Shown: piece by piece, positions 16,792-27,805 of the stretch
Layout of the letters: each line of letters starts with the position of its first letter
Numbering within the stretch: position 1 is the first letter of the stretch
Source: Candidatus Moraniibacteriota bacterium
GTDB lineage: Bacteria; Patescibacteriota; Minisyncoccia; Moranbacterales; UBA2206
Direction of reading: 5' to 3'
Length of the DNA stretch: 64,000 nucleotides
Assembly: GCA_003483065.1 (NCBI GenBank)
Contig: DMWY01000008.1
Span: forward strand, 2,177-66,176
Notes under the pieces: generated by a model
The model's database searches: none
What the model saw: only the letters and a program-made list of their open reading frames with translations
Told to the model about the DNA's origin: nothing
Position numbers and translations under genes: made by a program

Positions 16792-18963
16792 ATGAGTAGA
16801 AAAAAAATAATCCTAAAAATCTCCGGCATGACCTGTGCAAGCTGTGCGCTGAGCAATGAAAAAGAATTGATCAAATCTAAAGGAATAATTTCTGCTTCAG
16901 TTAATTTTGCTTCAAAAAATGCGCAAGTGGAATATGAACCGGAAATCATTGACGAAAGCCAAGTCAAAAAAATCATCAAAGATAATGGCTATAATATTGA
17001 AGAGCATGGCGAGCATCATCATGAGATGGAAAGTATAACTAAAAATTGGAACAGTTTTATATGGTCAGCAGTTTTAAGTGCGCCGTTAATTTTGGAAATG
17101 TTTTATAAGTTTAGATTAGATCGAAATATTTTCAATATTGATTTAGTTATGTGGGCCCATCTTCTCTTAGCGACAATTGTTGTTTTTGTTTTTGGTTGGC
17201 GTTTTCATCGCACAATGCTTCTTAAACTAAAAAAGTTTGAAGCTAATATGGACACCTTAGTTTCAATTGGAACTCTAGTGGCCTATTTTTATAGCTTATG
17301 GGCATTTTTTGTCGGTCAGGATGGTTATTTGGAATCAGCGGTAGCCATTATCACACTGATTCTTCTGGGTAAATATTTTGAAAGTCTAAGCATGGGACGA
17401 GCAGGAGAAGCGATGAGGAAACTCATGGAGTTTGGGGTAAAATATGCTCGGGTGATCGATGCAAAAAACAAAGAAGAAATGATTGAAATTGACAAGGTAA
17501 AAATTGGCGACATACTTCTGGTAAAGCCGAGTGAAAAAATTCCACTCGACGGAGAAATAATTTTGGGTGTTTCTAGTGTGGACGAATCAATGCTCACAGG
17601 TGAATCCTTGCCAGTAGAAAAAAAGATAGGTGCAAAAGTGTATGGTGCGACAATCAATCAGGATGGAGTGATAAGAATTAAGGTGAGTCAGATTGGCGAT
17701 GGTACAGTGCTTGCGCAAATAATCAAGACTGTGGAAGAGGCGCAAATGTCCAAGGCGCCCATTCAAAAATTAGCTGACAAGATATCAGGAATTTTTGTTC
17801 CAATTATCATAATAATAGCTTTCGGAACTTTCTTCCTTTGGAATTTATTTTCGGGTAATCTTTCTCTTTCTATCATCAACGCGGTGGCAGTTTTAGTTAT
17901 CGCGTGTCCGTGCGCTCTTGGACTGGCTACGCCGACGGCCATTATGGTAGGAACAGGACGCGCTTCAAAGAGGGGTATACTTTTCAAAACGGGGGAAAGT
18001 TTTGAAAGAGCCGAGAAAATTTCCACCGTAGTTTTTGACAAAACTGGTACACTCACGCAGGGGAAGCCGGAAGTCAAAAAAATCATAATAAACCCGCAGG
18101 ATAATTTTTCGAGCGAGTCAGTTTTGAAAATTGCCGCGTCTCTTTCGAATAATTCCGAGCATCCAATTTCCAGCGCGATTAACAACTATGCCAAAGATAA
18201 AAATATTATTCTAGCGCATTTGGAAGAAATTAAAGAAGAAAAAGGCAAGGGGATCTCGGCAATTTGCGAGGAGCACAAAACCAAACTTCTCTTGGGGAAT
18301 AAGAAACTACTAGAAGATTATGGCGTGGATTTGGCTTGGGTGGAAAGTATTTTAAATGAAGAAAATCAAACGGGTGGTTCATATCTTTTTGTTGCTCACG
18401 GTGAAAAAGTAATCGGTGCAATTTTAGTGGCAGACAAAGCTAGGGTCGAAGCAAGGAAGGTTATTGAAAAAATCAAGAAAATGAAAATTACCGTGGCGAT
18501 GATAACCGGGGATAATAAAAAAACAGCGGAAATAATTGGGAAGGAATTAGGCATAGAAAAAATAATTGCCGAAGTTTTGCCGGAGGGAAAAGCTAGGGAG
18601 ATAAAAAAACTTCAAGAAAATGGCGAAGGAGTGATTTTTGTGGGAGACGGAATAAATGATGCGCCAAGTCTTGTTCAAGCTAATTTGGGAATCGCGATGG
18701 GGAGCGGTACTGATATTGCCAAAGAAGCCGGGCAAATAATTCTGCTGGAAAACAATTTAGAAAAAGTGGTGGAAGCGATTGAAATTTCCAAAATTACTTT
18801 TCGCACCATCAAGCAAAATTTATTTTGGGCTTTTTTCTATAACATTGTGGCTATTCCGCTAGCTGCTTTCGGATTCTTATCTCCCGCCATCGCCGCCGGC
18901 GCGATGTCGCTTAGCTCAGTGTCGGTCGTGCTAAATAGTCTTCGAATTTATAGGAAAAAGTAG
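16792..18963 (+). CDS. copA: Copper-translocating P1B-type ATPase
   Basis: [38 protein letters not shown] and MSLSS. ATG 16792 preferred over 16762. Confidence 0.95.
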   Translation: MSRKKIILKISGMTCASCALSNEKELIKSKGIISASVNFASKNAQVEYEPEIIDESQVKKIIKDNGYNIEEHGEHHHEMESITKNWNSFIWSAVLSAPLILEMFYKFRLDRNIFNIDLVMWAHLLLATIVVFVFGWRFHRTMLLKLKKFEANMDTLVSIGTLVAYFYSLWAFFVGQDGYLESAVAIITLILLGKYFESLSMGRAGEAMRKLMEFGVKYARVIDAKNKEEMIEIDKVKIGDILLVKPSEKIPLDGEIILGVSSVDESMLTGESLPVEKKIGAKVYGATINQDGVIRIKVSQIGDGTVLAQIIKTVEEAQMSKAPIQKLADKISGIFVPIIIIIAFGTFFLWNLFSGNLSLSIINAVAVLVIACPCALGLATPTAIMVGTGRASKRGILFKTGESFERAEKISTVVFDKTGTLTQGKPEVKKIIINPQDNFSSESVLKIAASLSNNSEHPISSAINNYAKDKNIILAHLEEIKEEKGKGISAICEEHKTKLLLGNKKLLEDYGVDLAWVESILNEENQTGGSYLFVAHGEKVIGAILVADKARVEARKVIEKIKKMKITVAMITGDNKKTAEIIGKELGIEKIIAEVLPEGKAREIKKLQENGEGVIFVGDGINDAPSLVQANLGIAMGSGTDIAKEAGQIILLENNLEKVVEAIEISKITFRTIKQNLFWAFFYNIVAIPLAAFGFLSPAIAAGAMSLSSVSVVLNSLRIYRKK

Positions 18964-18991
18964 AATATTATAATTTTCATAAATAAAAAAA

Positions 18992-19019
18992 TACTCCAGT
19001 ATTCTAGAATACTGGAGTA
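18992..19019. terminator. 28-bp perfect palindrome between convergent genes
   Basis: TACTCCAGTATTCT|AGAATACTGGAGTA. Confidence 0.65.
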
Positions 19020-19041
19020 AAATATTTATAAAAGTTTTTGT

Positions 19042-19644
19042 TTATTGGTAAACCTTATTATAATAAATTCCAACATCGGCGATCCATTTGTCAACGCTTT
19101 CTGAACTGTGCCCTGCGCAGTTCCAACCACATTTCCAAACAATCATTTCTTCTGGGGTGGATAGATTAGAATCATTAATAAGAGTGCTTATTCTTTTGCC
19201 GACAATATCGACTGCTTGTTTTGGACTGTCAAAACAAGTGTAGCCACTAGGTGTCACATTTTCACCTTGTCCGCGGTAGCCCCAATAATTGAAACAATCT
19301 TTTCCATTAAGCTTGGGAGAATATTTTCCCCAATTACTTTCTTTTTTGGCAATACCAATTAGAAAGGCGGCGGTTCTTTTTTCTTTGGCAGAAATATAGG
19401 GTGCCATTTTTTCCATTGGATAACCAGCCACTAAACTATTGATATTTTTTTCTAGCGGAGTTGTGATTTTTGTTTTGATTGTATTTTCAGCAACAGGAAG
19501 TGATTTGGCATATCCTAAAATCAGTATGTCATAAAAGAGAGCCAACGCGACCATAAAAAGAAGAATGGCTTTTTTGTTCAAAACTTCCTCTGGTGAGGGG
19601 ATAACGAACTTTTTAGAGAGTAATTTTTTGATGTATTTTTTCAT
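19042..19644 (-). CDS. Membrane-anchored lysozyme/glucosaminidase-like protein
   Basis: TM segment, IAKKESNWGK catalytic-Glu-like motif and NYWGY. Confidence 0.55.
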   Translation of the reverse strand: MKKYIKKLLSKKFVIPSPEEVLNKKAILLFMVALALFYDILILGYAKSLPVAENTIKTKITTPLEKNINSLVAGYPMEKMAPYISAKEKRTAAFLIGIAKKESNWGKYSPKLNGKDCFNYWGYRGQGENVTPSGYTCFDSPKQAVDIVGKRISTLINDSNLSTPEEMIVWKCGWNCAGHSSESVDKWIADVGIYYNKVYQ

Positions 19645-19741
19645 TGTAGTGGCTTATTAAAAGCAAAAAACGGGACTTCACCCGTTTTTATATTTTCCTA
19701 CTCACAACTTCATTATAGCACAGTTTAGGCTAAAATGCAAG

Positions 19742-20683
19742 CTAAAAATTACACTGTGTTCCACCACCGGTGCAACCGGAAACATTAAGCTGGTTTTGGT
19801 CGCGGATGATATCTTTTTGGGTGCTGATCTTGTAGCGGTAGGTAGCAGAAGGATAATTCACATTGGAATTATTAGTGGTGGAATTATTATTAGAAGTATT
19901 TTGATTATTAGGGGGGATTATGTTGGCATTGTTCGATGAAACAACTTGATTGTTAGTTATTGTCAAAATGGAAGTTCCATTTTGGGCTTCATAGGTGAAA
20001 CTTGAGCCGTCCTCAGAAAAGGAAAAACTAATCACATCGTCATAGCCTTGGCTTTTTTGACCATTGACGACTACATAGATTTTATCATTTTCTTTGATCA
20101 CATAAGCAAGCTTGCTTCCGTCATCGCTCATGATAATGGCGGAAGAATTGCCATCACCATCTTTAGCGATAGCAATTTCTTTGAAGGATTTACTTTCTTT
20201 TAGAGTGGCAGTGATATTTAGAATTTCAGCGCTAATCACAGCATATTCGTTGTCTCCTTTGGTGGCAACAAAGGCAATGGTCTTGCCGTTTTTGCTAAAA
20301 GTGATGTAGTTGGATTTTTGGTAAGCATTGATTTCTTGAGAGTTGTTGACCACTACATAGGCTTGTCCACCGATTTCTGCGTTATAGGCAATTTGACTGC
20401 CGTCGGCGCTGAAGACTGGGTTGGAAACAAAGTCATATGTTTTTCCTTCGTTACCATTCCAAATCACTGACCATTGGTCACCCTTTTTTATTTTGTAAAC
20501 TGTATTTTTACCATTGGAAGCGAAAAAGATATCCGGATTTTCTTGCGCTGGTTTAGTAGCCACCACGGGCGCAGTATTTTCTGCCGGCTTGTCTTTCCTT
20601 AGCCAGACTACAGAGAGAATAATGAGAACTGAAAAAAGGACAACAAGAAGAATGGGTAATATTTTTTGTTTTTCGTTTGGCAT
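19742..20683 (-). CDS. Membrane-anchored beta-propeller (PD40/TolB-like) protein
   Basis: Repeats FSADGSQIAY, FSKNGKTIAF, SDDGSKLAY, FSEDGSSFTY; Asn-rich tail. Confidence 0.7.
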   Translation of the reverse strand: MPNEKQKILPILLVVLFSVLIILSVVWLRKDKPAENTAPVVATKPAQENPDIFFASNGKNTVYKIKKGDQWSVIWNGNEGKTYDFVSNPVFSADGSQIAYNAEIGGQAYVVVNNSQEINAYQKSNYITFSKNGKTIAFVATKGDNEYAVISAEILNITATLKESKSFKEIAIAKDGDGNSSAIIMSDDGSKLAYVIKENDKIYVVVNGQKSQGYDDVISFSFSEDGSSFTYEAQNGTSILTITNNQVVSSNNANIIPPNNQNTSNNNSTTNNSNVNYPSATYRYKISTQKDIIRDQNQLNVSGCTGGGTQCNF

Positions 20684-20794
20684 TTTGTTTTTTTAATAAT
20701 TAAAGCTACGAAAGAATTAAAAATTTTTAATTCCACGGTAGCTTAATAATCAATATGGTTATGATAGCACAAAAAAAAGGTTAAATAAATTAGC

Positions 20795-21544
20795 TTAAGC
20801 TTCGATTTTGGAAAAAAGATAACTGCCGAGGAGAATGAAAAAGAGAGCGGTGGACAAAAGTACGGAGATATTGAGAAGCATTCCAAAATGGGAAGTGTTG
20901 ATCAAAAAAGATCGCATCGCGTCAATGCCATAGGAGAGGGGATTGAAACGCGCAATAGTGACAAGCACCTTAGGAGATTCATTGTTCAAAGGAAAGATTG
21001 CGCCAGAAAGAAAAAAGACTGGCATAATGAGAAAATTTACGATTAGTTGAAAGCCTTGCATATCTTCTAGTTGAGTGGCGATAGCGGTGCCGATGGCGGT
21101 GAAAAGCAGTGCAATGAGAAACATCACGAGAATTGCAGGAAAAATTAGAAAAAAATTCGTAGGGCGAAAGCCAGCAATGAGAGAAATTAGAAAAACTATG
21201 ATGCCTTGAAAAGTAGCAACAGTAGCGCCGCCAATAGTGCGTCCTAGCATAATATTGAAACGGGATACTGGCGCAACCATAGTTTCTTTCAAAAAACCAA
21301 ATTGACGATCCCAAATTAGTTCTATACCAGAAAAAACAGAAGTGAAAATTATACTCATGCCAATTATTCCTGGCGCCAAAAATTGCAGATAGTTACCTTC
21401 GCCAGCTTTTTGGAAAACTGGTCCAAGTCCATAGCCAAGAGCAATAAGAAAAAGAATTGGTTGACCAAGTGCGCCAAAAATTCTTGATTTAGATCTTAGG
21501 TATCTTTTTATTTGGCGAAGCCAAAGGATATAAATAGTCTTCAT
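20795..21544 (-). CDS. ABC-2 type exporter permease (DrrB-like)
   Basis: WDRQFGFLKETMVAP, FFLSGAIFP, NPLSYGID. Confidence 0.9.
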   Translation of the reverse strand: MKTIYILWLRQIKRYLRSKSRIFGALGQPILFLIALGYGLGPVFQKAGEGNYLQFLAPGIIGMSIIFTSVFSGIELIWDRQFGFLKETMVAPVSRFNIMLGRTIGGATVATFQGIIVFLISLIAGFRPTNFFLIFPAILVMFLIALLFTAIGTAIATQLEDMQGFQLIVNFLIMPVFFLSGAIFPLNNESPKVLVTIARFNPLSYGIDAMRSFLINTSHFGMLLNISVLLSTALFFILLGSYLFSKIEA

Positions 21545-21557
21545 ATATTTATTAGAA

Positions 21558-22352
21558 TTATTTTTTGCCCCACATTTTTCTCATCGATCGCAGATTATCA
21601 ATTCCTGAGCCAGATTCTTCGCGTATAGTTTTTCCGGTAAGCGCGAGGAAAGCATCTTCGAGCGAATTAGTCTGAGTTTGGTTTTTTAGCTCTTGCGAAG
21701 TTCCTGCTGCAACAATTTTTCCGTGATCAATTATCACAATGCGCTTAGCGATGCGGTCAGCTTCTTCCATATAGTGCGTGGTCAAGAAAATAGTAGTGCC
21801 TTCTTTTTTGTTGAGTTCTTGGAGGTAATTCCACATATGATTTCTCGTTTGTGGGTCGAGACCGATAGTTGGTTCGTCAAGAAACAAAACTTTCGGGTGA
21901 TGAAGCAGTCCGCGCGCGATTTCCAATCTTCTTTTCATCCCGCCGGAAAATTCCTTGACTAAACTATTTTTTCGATCGGACAATTCAACAAATTTCAAAA
22001 GTTCAGCAATTCTTTCTCGGCGAATTTTTTTAGGCAAATCATAAAGGATGCCATGAAATTCCATATTCTCATAGGCAGTGAGTTCATCATCAAGACTAGG
22101 ATCTTGAAAAACAATGCCGAAGGAACAACGCACAGCGTCTGAATCCAAGAGGGTGTTGTGATCATTAAGCATAATTTCTCCAGAGTCTTGGCGAAGTAGC
22201 GTAGTGAGCATTTTTATGGTAGTTGATTTTCCAGCGCCATTTGGCCCGAGAAAAGCAAAAATTTCTCCTTTTTTCACTTCAAAAGAGATGTTGTCCACGG
22301 CGGTAAAATCGTCAAATTTTTTGGTGAGATTTTTTACTTGAATGATATTCAT
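21558..22352 (-). CDS. ABC exporter ATP-binding protein (DrrA-like)
   Basis: GPNGAGKST, FSGGMKRR, LFLDEPT, TTHYMEEA. Confidence 0.95.
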   Translation of the reverse strand: MNIIQVKNLTKKFDDFTAVDNISFEVKKGEIFAFLGPNGAGKSTTIKMLTTLLRQDSGEIMLNDHNTLLDSDAVRCSFGIVFQDPSLDDELTAYENMEFHGILYDLPKKIRRERIAELLKFVELSDRKNSLVKEFSGGMKRRLEIARGLLHHPKVLFLDEPTIGLDPQTRNHMWNYLQELNKKEGTTIFLTTHYMEEADRIAKRIVIIDHGKIVAAGTSQELKNQTQTNSLEDAFLALTGKTIREESGSGIDNLRSMRKMWGKK

Positions 22353-22356
22353 AAAA

Positions 22357-23469
22357 TTATTGGAGTGTTATTACTACAATCTCCGGCGTGTTTCCAACTC
22401 GCATAGTCGGCCCCCAAGTGCCAGCGCCGTTAGAAGTATGAAGGGTATAGTCGTCCATTTCAAATAGACCATAATCATAACCGCGGTAAACTAGTTTGGT
22501 GATTAGATTAAAAGGAAAAAACTGACCTTTATGTGTATGCCCGCAAAGTTCCAGATTGATGCCTTGATTTTTTATTTCTGAAATATTGGTTGGTGTGTGG
22601 TAGAGTAAAATATTTGGTTTTCCAAGATAATCTTTTTTGAGTGATTCTAAGATCGCAACAACATCCTTTTTTTTATTGCGCTCAGGATAACTAATGCCGA
22701 TTAGTTTTAGTCCCTTGGCATCAATTACTTCATCGCGGATAATTTTTAGTTGGCTGTTTTTCAATGTTGTGAAAGTATTTTCCAAGCCCAGATAAGTCTC
22801 ATGGTTGCCAGTGACGAAAAACACGCCTTGTTTAGTTTGGATGTCTTCCAAGGGTTTTATTATAGGAGCTAAATTGCCGTCCATTCCGTCAAAAAGATCG
22901 CCCGTGATAAGGACCATTTCCGGTTTTTCGTTGTTTAATTTTTCCACGATCCTTTTTATATATTTTTCTCGATAGATGTGGCCAAGATGAACGTCGGAAA
23001 GCTGGATGATTTTTTTGCCTTTCCAAACTTCGGGTAAATTAGGAATTGAAACGGAAATATTTTTTATCTCAGGATTGAGTGCATTCCAAACGCCATAGAT
23101 GGAAAGAAAAAAAGCGATGACAAAAATGGGGGAGGCGAGGATTGCTGGATTTAAATTTAAATTGAAAAATCTTTCGATGAGAATAATGAGCCAAATTAGA
23201 ATGGCAGCTAAAACAAAATTATTGAGAATTCCAAGCCAAACGCCAGAAAGAAAATAGTAGGCGCGAGTGAAAACATTGTCGTTCCAGTGAGACAAAATAG
23301 AAGAAAGGATAAAACTTATTCCCAAAAAAATCAAAAAGCCGATGAGAATTTTTTGCGAGCTTCCGCTGAGGCTGAAAAAATTGATAAAGGAAAAATATAA
23401 AAACCAATGCGCGCCCAAAAGAATAGTGATAAGCAGAGAAAGGAAAAAAATTGGAAGTAGGATATTCAT
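22357..23469 (-). CDS. Membrane-bound metallophosphoesterase (YkuE-like)
   Basis: SDVHLG, GDLFD, GNHE, GHTHKGQ and four N-terminal TMs. Start 23469 preferred. Confidence 0.9.
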   Translation of the reverse strand: MNILLPIFFLSLLITILLGAHWFLYFSFINFFSLSGSSQKILIGFLIFLGISFILSSILSHWNDNVFTRAYYFLSGVWLGILNNFVLAAILIWLIILIERFFNLNLNPAILASPIFVIAFFLSIYGVWNALNPEIKNISVSIPNLPEVWKGKKIIQLSDVHLGHIYREKYIKRIVEKLNNEKPEMVLITGDLFDGMDGNLAPIIKPLEDIQTKQGVFFVTGNHETYLGLENTFTTLKNSQLKIIRDEVIDAKGLKLIGISYPERNKKKDVVAILESLKKDYLGKPNILLYHTPTNISEIKNQGINLELCGHTHKGQFFPFNLITKLVYRGYDYGLFEMDDYTLHTSNGAGTWGPTMRVGNTPEIVVITLQ

Positions 23470-23573
23470 AATACTAATGATAGTACAAAAAAAGGGAAAA
23501 GAGAAGTTTAATTTTTTAGATAATAAAAAGCGGGCAATCCACAAGAGGATTGCCCGTGTTGCTCTGTCAGATA

Positions 23574-24320
23574 TTAGAAGGAATATTTTACACCAAAAGA
23601 ATAGGTGTGTTCATTTTTTCTTCCATCCGTTGTTTTGGTTAATTTCCAAAGGGGCGTTATCCCTCCGAAAAGAGCTAGATCAGACAGCGCCTTGTATTCC
23701 GCCCCATAGTATTGTCTCAGAAAAATCCCATGGGGATCATCAGCGCCAAAACCATCATCCCACACAATCAAGTTGTTAAATAATAGCGCCAATCTTTCGA
23801 AACCGAAAGGTTCCTTATAGATATAAGGCAGATTTATCGTTAAAACTGTAGCGCCATCGCGAAAGTGGCTAATGGGTGACATCCATTCAGCCCAGAGTTC
23901 GCATTTCAAACTGGGATTAATTTCTTTCCCAAATTTTGTGGTCAGAATCCACGGATTTGAATCCCAATTGTTGAAATGAATGTTATACAAAGTTGCAGAC
24001 AATTCAGCGTAGAATTTATCAAGTGGTTTTTTCCAACCGATTGTAGGCTCAAATTCATTTCCGCGTTCGCTATCAAAACTTCCGCGGAAACTTTCGCTCC
24101 ACCAAAAATTAGTGAACAATCCACTTGACTGGTGATTAAGGTTAAGATTTCCCCAGAGCATAGGGAAATCGTAAACATTTTTGGAAGTTTTTATCGCAAT
24201 ATATCTTTGCTGATACATCATGGAAAAACTTCCGCCCCATTCTTTTTTTGTTTCGGCCTGTACCTGAACCGAATTACAAAAAAGAATCAGCCAGGTAAAT
24301 ATTATCAGTGCGGTTTTCAT
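23574..24320 (-). CDS. Secreted beta-strand-rich protein with an outer-membrane-barrel-like C-terminus
   Basis: Signal peptide, alternating aromatic/hydrophobic strands, ends YSFGVKYSF. Confidence 0.55.
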   Translation of the reverse strand: MKTALIIFTWLILFCNSVQVQAETKKEWGGSFSMMYQQRYIAIKTSKNVYDFPMLWGNLNLNHQSSGLFTNFWWSESFRGSFDSERGNEFEPTIGWKKPLDKFYAELSATLYNIHFNNWDSNPWILTTKFGKEINPSLKCELWAEWMSPISHFRDGATVLTINLPYIYKEPFGFERLALLFNNLIVWDDGFGADDPHGIFLRQYYGAEYKALSDLALFGGITPLWKLTKTTDGRKNEHTYSFGVKYSF

Positions 24321-24430
24321 TGCAGAACCTCCCTATTCTTATTTTGTTATAATTTTTTAAACAACTTTGCCAAACGCCAATCATTTGACAATTAATGGAA
24401 TATACTATAATATCCAATATATGTAAATAT

Positions 24431-24449
24431 GTTGTCGTCATCTGACAAC
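24431..24449. promoter_or_regulatory. Candidate operator of the TrmB-family gene
   Basis: GTTGTC-N7-GACAAC between a TTGACA promoter (24385) and the ATG. Confidence 0.4.
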
Positions 24450-24495
24450 TGGCTACTGTCATCCCCGCGAAGGCGGGGATCTAGTCGATAAACTC

Positions 24496-25281
24496 ATGGA
24501 CATTATCAAGCTTCTCGAAAAGATTAATTGCACGGACTTTGAAGCTAGAACATTTCTGGCGCTTTTAGAAGAGTCAAAGGGTGTGAGTGTTTTAAGTTTG
24601 AGCAAAAAACTTAACTTGCCCCGTCCGACAATCTATGGCCACATAGAATCATTGATTGAAAAGGGGTTGGCAAAAAAAGGCGTGGGAGAAACCGGGGCGG
24701 TTTTTTATGCAGAAGATAGGGAAAATATTTTGAGTATTTATAGTGAAAAAATTGAAGAAATGAAAAAGGCGCGAGAAAGTTTTTCTGAGGCACTTAACAA
24801 TAAAAAGTTCGAAGCCACTTATCAGCCAAAATTTATCCACTATTCAACTAAAGACGCGGCTAAATCAATTCTTCGCGATGTTTTGCGTTCTCGAGAAAAT
24901 CAAACCTATTGGTTTTGGCCGATCAGAGAAATGGTAAAAATTATTCCAGAATTAGTTTTGCAAAACTTTAATGAAGAAAGAGTAAGAAGAAATATTTGGA
25001 TAAATGTTCTTTGGCCATCGAAAAGAAAAATAGATACTAAAAAATATCCCTTGCTCGGTCCATGGGATGAGGAAAAATCTTTGCGCAGGATAAAAATTTT
25101 GCCGGAAAATATCGACCAAACTTTGGGTTATGCAATTTATGGCGACAAAGTAGCTTTCATTTCTTCTGATAGGGAAAACTATGGCATGATTATTGATAGT
25201 CGAGAATTGGCTCAAACACTGAAAGCCCAGTTTGATTATTTTTGGAAAATTTCTAAAGTTATGAAGCAAAAAAATAATTAA
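24496..25281 (+). CDS. TrmB-family transcriptional regulator
   Basis: N-terminal wHTH (EARTFLALL...LSKKLNLPRPTIYGHIESLIEKGL); C-terminal IYGDKVAFIS...FDYFW. Confidence 0.85.
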   Translation: MDIIKLLEKINCTDFEARTFLALLEESKGVSVLSLSKKLNLPRPTIYGHIESLIEKGLAKKGVGETGAVFYAEDRENILSIYSEKIEEMKKARESFSEALNNKKFEATYQPKFIHYSTKDAAKSILRDVLRSRENQTYWFWPIREMVKIIPELVLQNFNEERVRRNIWINVLWPSKRKIDTKKYPLLGPWDEEKSLRRIKILPENIDQTLGYAIYGDKVAFISSDRENYGMIIDSRELAQTLKAQFDYFWKISKVMKQKNN

Positions 25282-25325
25282 ATTTATAGTTGACTTTGTG
25301 CGCTAAAGAATGATAGATTGTGAGG

Positions 25326-26000
25326 ATGGATAGGAAAAATTTCAAATATTTTGATGTGATAATGGCTGTCTTTGTGGCAGTGCTTTTGATTTCCAACATT
25401 GCTTCGACAAAAATTTTGGTCTTTTGGAAATTTACCTTTGACGGCGGGACGCTACTTTTTCCTTTGAGCTATATTTTCGGAGATATTCTCACGGAAGTGT
25501 ATGGCTATAAACGGTCAAGAAAAGTTATTTGGACCGGATTTTTTTGTGCGGGGCTGATGTCTTTGGTTCTTTTTGTTGTGAACATTTTGCCACCAGCCAG
25601 TGACTGGCCATATCAAGAAGCGTTTAACAATATTTTGGGACTAGCGCCACGAATTGTCTTGGCCAGCCTCATTGCCTATTTTGCTGGCGAGTTTTCCAAT
25701 TCATATATCTTGGCGAAGATAAAAATATGGATGGCGGGAAAAAAATTGTGGATTCGGACAATTCTTTCAACTTTGGTGGGGGAGTTGGTGGACACTTCAT
25801 TTTTCATCCTCATTGCTTTCTATGGTACTTTGCCAAATGAACTTTTGCTCACAATTTTTGTTTCAAATTATGTTTTCAAATGCGGTGTAGAAATATTATT
25901 CACACCGATCACATATAGGGCGGTTAATTTTTTGAAGAAAAATGAAAACGAAGATTTTTATGATTATGACACTAATTTTAACCCATTTTCGCTGAAATAG
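25326..26000 (+). CDS. Queuosine precursor transporter (YhhQ/VUT family)
   Basis: LLISNIASTK, FPLSYIFGDILTEVYG, RIVLASLIAY, RTILST. Confidence 0.9.
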   Translation: MDRKNFKYFDVIMAVFVAVLLISNIASTKILVFWKFTFDGGTLLFPLSYIFGDILTEVYGYKRSRKVIWTGFFCAGLMSLVLFVVNILPPASDWPYQEAFNNILGLAPRIVLASLIAYFAGEFSNSYILAKIKIWMAGKKLWIRTILSTLVGELVDTSFFILIAFYGTLPNELLLTIFVSNYVFKCGVEILFTPITYRAVNFLKKNENEDFYDYDTNFNPFSLK

Positions 26001-26185
26001 TCCACAATCTTGACAAAAAGTATGTTTTAGCGTATAGTTCAATGTTATGCAATAGTTCCTTAAAAATTTACTTTAGTTCTTTTATTTCCTTCGCATCTTG
26101 AATATGGAAACTTTTCTTGATTCAAGTGGCGAAAGAAAAATTCTTTTTTTAAAAAACAATAAAACATCTTAAGGAGAAAATTACG

Positions 26186-26650
26186 ATGAGTAAAATAACC
26201 CTGATGTTGGCTTTTGTGTTGTTGATAGCTTCTCATGCTCACGCTACTCGGTGGGTGGATGTTGAAAAAAATGTTGAAGAAAATATTCAAAATATCCAAT
26301 GTGACTGCGCAAAAGCGCAGGAAATAAAAAAAGGATTTACTAAAAAAGAAGATAAGGAGATCGACAAAGTAATGAAAAATGGCTCAGAGAAAGATCTGAG
26401 TGATTTAATTGGAAAATACAATAAAAAATCCTCAGAAAATTATACCGGTGGGAATATTTTTGGAGGTTTATTTTTTGAAAGTATTTCTATGATATTACAA
26501 AAAACTTGCATTTCAAGATTTCCAGGTAAGTTTTTTGAGGATATCTCCTTAAGCCCGAAGTTTATTTTTTTGGAGGAAAAGATTCAAGTAAAATTGGATC
26601 TATTGAGGAAGCTCGAGGAACAATGCTGTTCCGAAACTTCCGAAAAATAA
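26186..26650 (+). CDS. Secreted hypothetical protein
   Basis: Signal peptide ending AHA, AAGGAG RBS, own promoter and terminator. Confidence 0.6.
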   Translation: MSKITLMLAFVLLIASHAHATRWVDVEKNVEENIQNIQCDCAKAQEIKKGFTKKEDKEIDKVMKNGSEKDLSDLIGKYNKKSSENYTGGNIFGGLFFESISMILQKTCISRFPGKFFEDISLSPKFIFLEEKIQVKLDLLRKLEEQCCSETSEK

Positions 26651-26670
26651 CTTCTAACCTTTTACCGAAA

Positions 26671-26712
26671 GACCGTCCAGCGCATGCAACGCGCGCTTGG
26701 ACGGTTTTTTTT
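26671..26712 (+). terminator. Intrinsic terminator
   Basis: GACCGTCCA...TGGACGGT followed by a long T-run. Confidence 0.75.
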
Positions 26713-26842
26713 ATTTTGCTTTCCTTAGTGGTTTTTGATAGTATGGTATATAGAATTTATGCACTTGTCTCAAGGCTACTAAAGCATAATTTTCACATAT
26801 AAATTAGGCGACATATTTTTGAAAAAAGGGTATAATTAGAAT

Positions 26843-27802
26843 ATGAAATTTATAGATTTATTTGCTGGTATAGGCGGAATAAAAATAGGCTTTGAAAACG
26901 CTGGTTTTCAGTGTGTCTTTTCTAATGATTTTGATGAAAATGCAAAAATAACTTTTGATCTTAATTTTTCTGAAATATTTGAAACAGAAAAACAAATGGT
27001 ATTGGGCGATATTCACAATATTACTGCTTCTAAAATTCCTGATTTCGATATCTTGTGTGGGGGTTTTCCATGTCAGCCTTTTTCTATTGCAGGATATAAA
27101 CAAGGATTTAAAGATGAAAACGGCAGAGGAAATTTATTTTTTGATATTGTACGAATTCTAAAAGCCAAAAAACCAACGGCTTTTCTGCTTGAAAATGTAA
27201 AAAACATTAAGACGCACGATAAGGGCAACACAATAAAAGTTATTCTTGAAAAATTAGAAAAAGAACTTGGCTATTTTGTTAAAGTAAAAGTTTTAAATAC
27301 CATGGAATATGGCAATCTCCCACAAAATAGAGAAAGAATTTATATTGTCGGTTTTTTGGATAAAAAAGCACATGATAAATTTTATTTTCCTGAAAAAGTA
27401 AAACTAACCAAAACAATTCACGACTGTCTTGAAAAAAAGGAGGTTGATGATAAATATTATTACAACAGTAAGCCACTTTACGAAGCATTGAAAAAGGAAG
27501 TTAAAAAACGAGATACTATTTATCAATGGCGAAGAAAATATGTAAGAGAAAATAAAAATAACGTTTGTCCAACTCTAACTGCAAATATGGGAATGGGTGG
27601 TCATAATGTCCCATTGGTTTTAAACGGAAAAGGTATCAGAAAATTAACACCCAGAGAATGTGCTAATTTTCAAGGATTTCCAAAGAATTATAAACTTCCC
27701 AATATTGCCGATTCTCATTTATACAAACAATTTGGAAATTCTGTTTCAATACCAGTTATTCAAAAAATTGCCCAAAATATGAATAAAGCTTTAAATAAAT
27801 AA
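26843..27802 (+). CDS. DNA (cytosine-5) methyltransferase
   Basis: DLFAGIGG, GFPCQPFS, LENV, QNRERIY, KQFGNSV. The target-recognition segment YQWRR...PTLTANMGMGGHNVP resembles GCNGC/GCSGC-type enzymes. Confidence 0.95.
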   Translation: MKFIDLFAGIGGIKIGFENAGFQCVFSNDFDENAKITFDLNFSEIFETEKQMVLGDIHNITASKIPDFDILCGGFPCQPFSIAGYKQGFKDENGRGNLFFDIVRILKAKKPTAFLLENVKNIKTHDKGNTIKVILEKLEKELGYFVKVKVLNTMEYGNLPQNRERIYIVGFLDKKAHDKFYFPEKVKLTKTIHDCLEKKEVDDKYYYNSKPLYEALKKEVKKRDTIYQWRRKYVRENKNNVCPTLTANMGMGGHNVPLVLNGKGIRKLTPRECANFQGFPKNYKLPNIADSHLYKQFGNSVSIPVIQKIAQNMNKALNK

Positions 27803-27805
27803 ATT

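Noticed and set aside
25282-25325. preQ1 riboswitch upstream of the queuosine precursor transporter
   Set aside because: The gap is very short and lacks a recognisable preQ1 stem-loop and A-rich tail.
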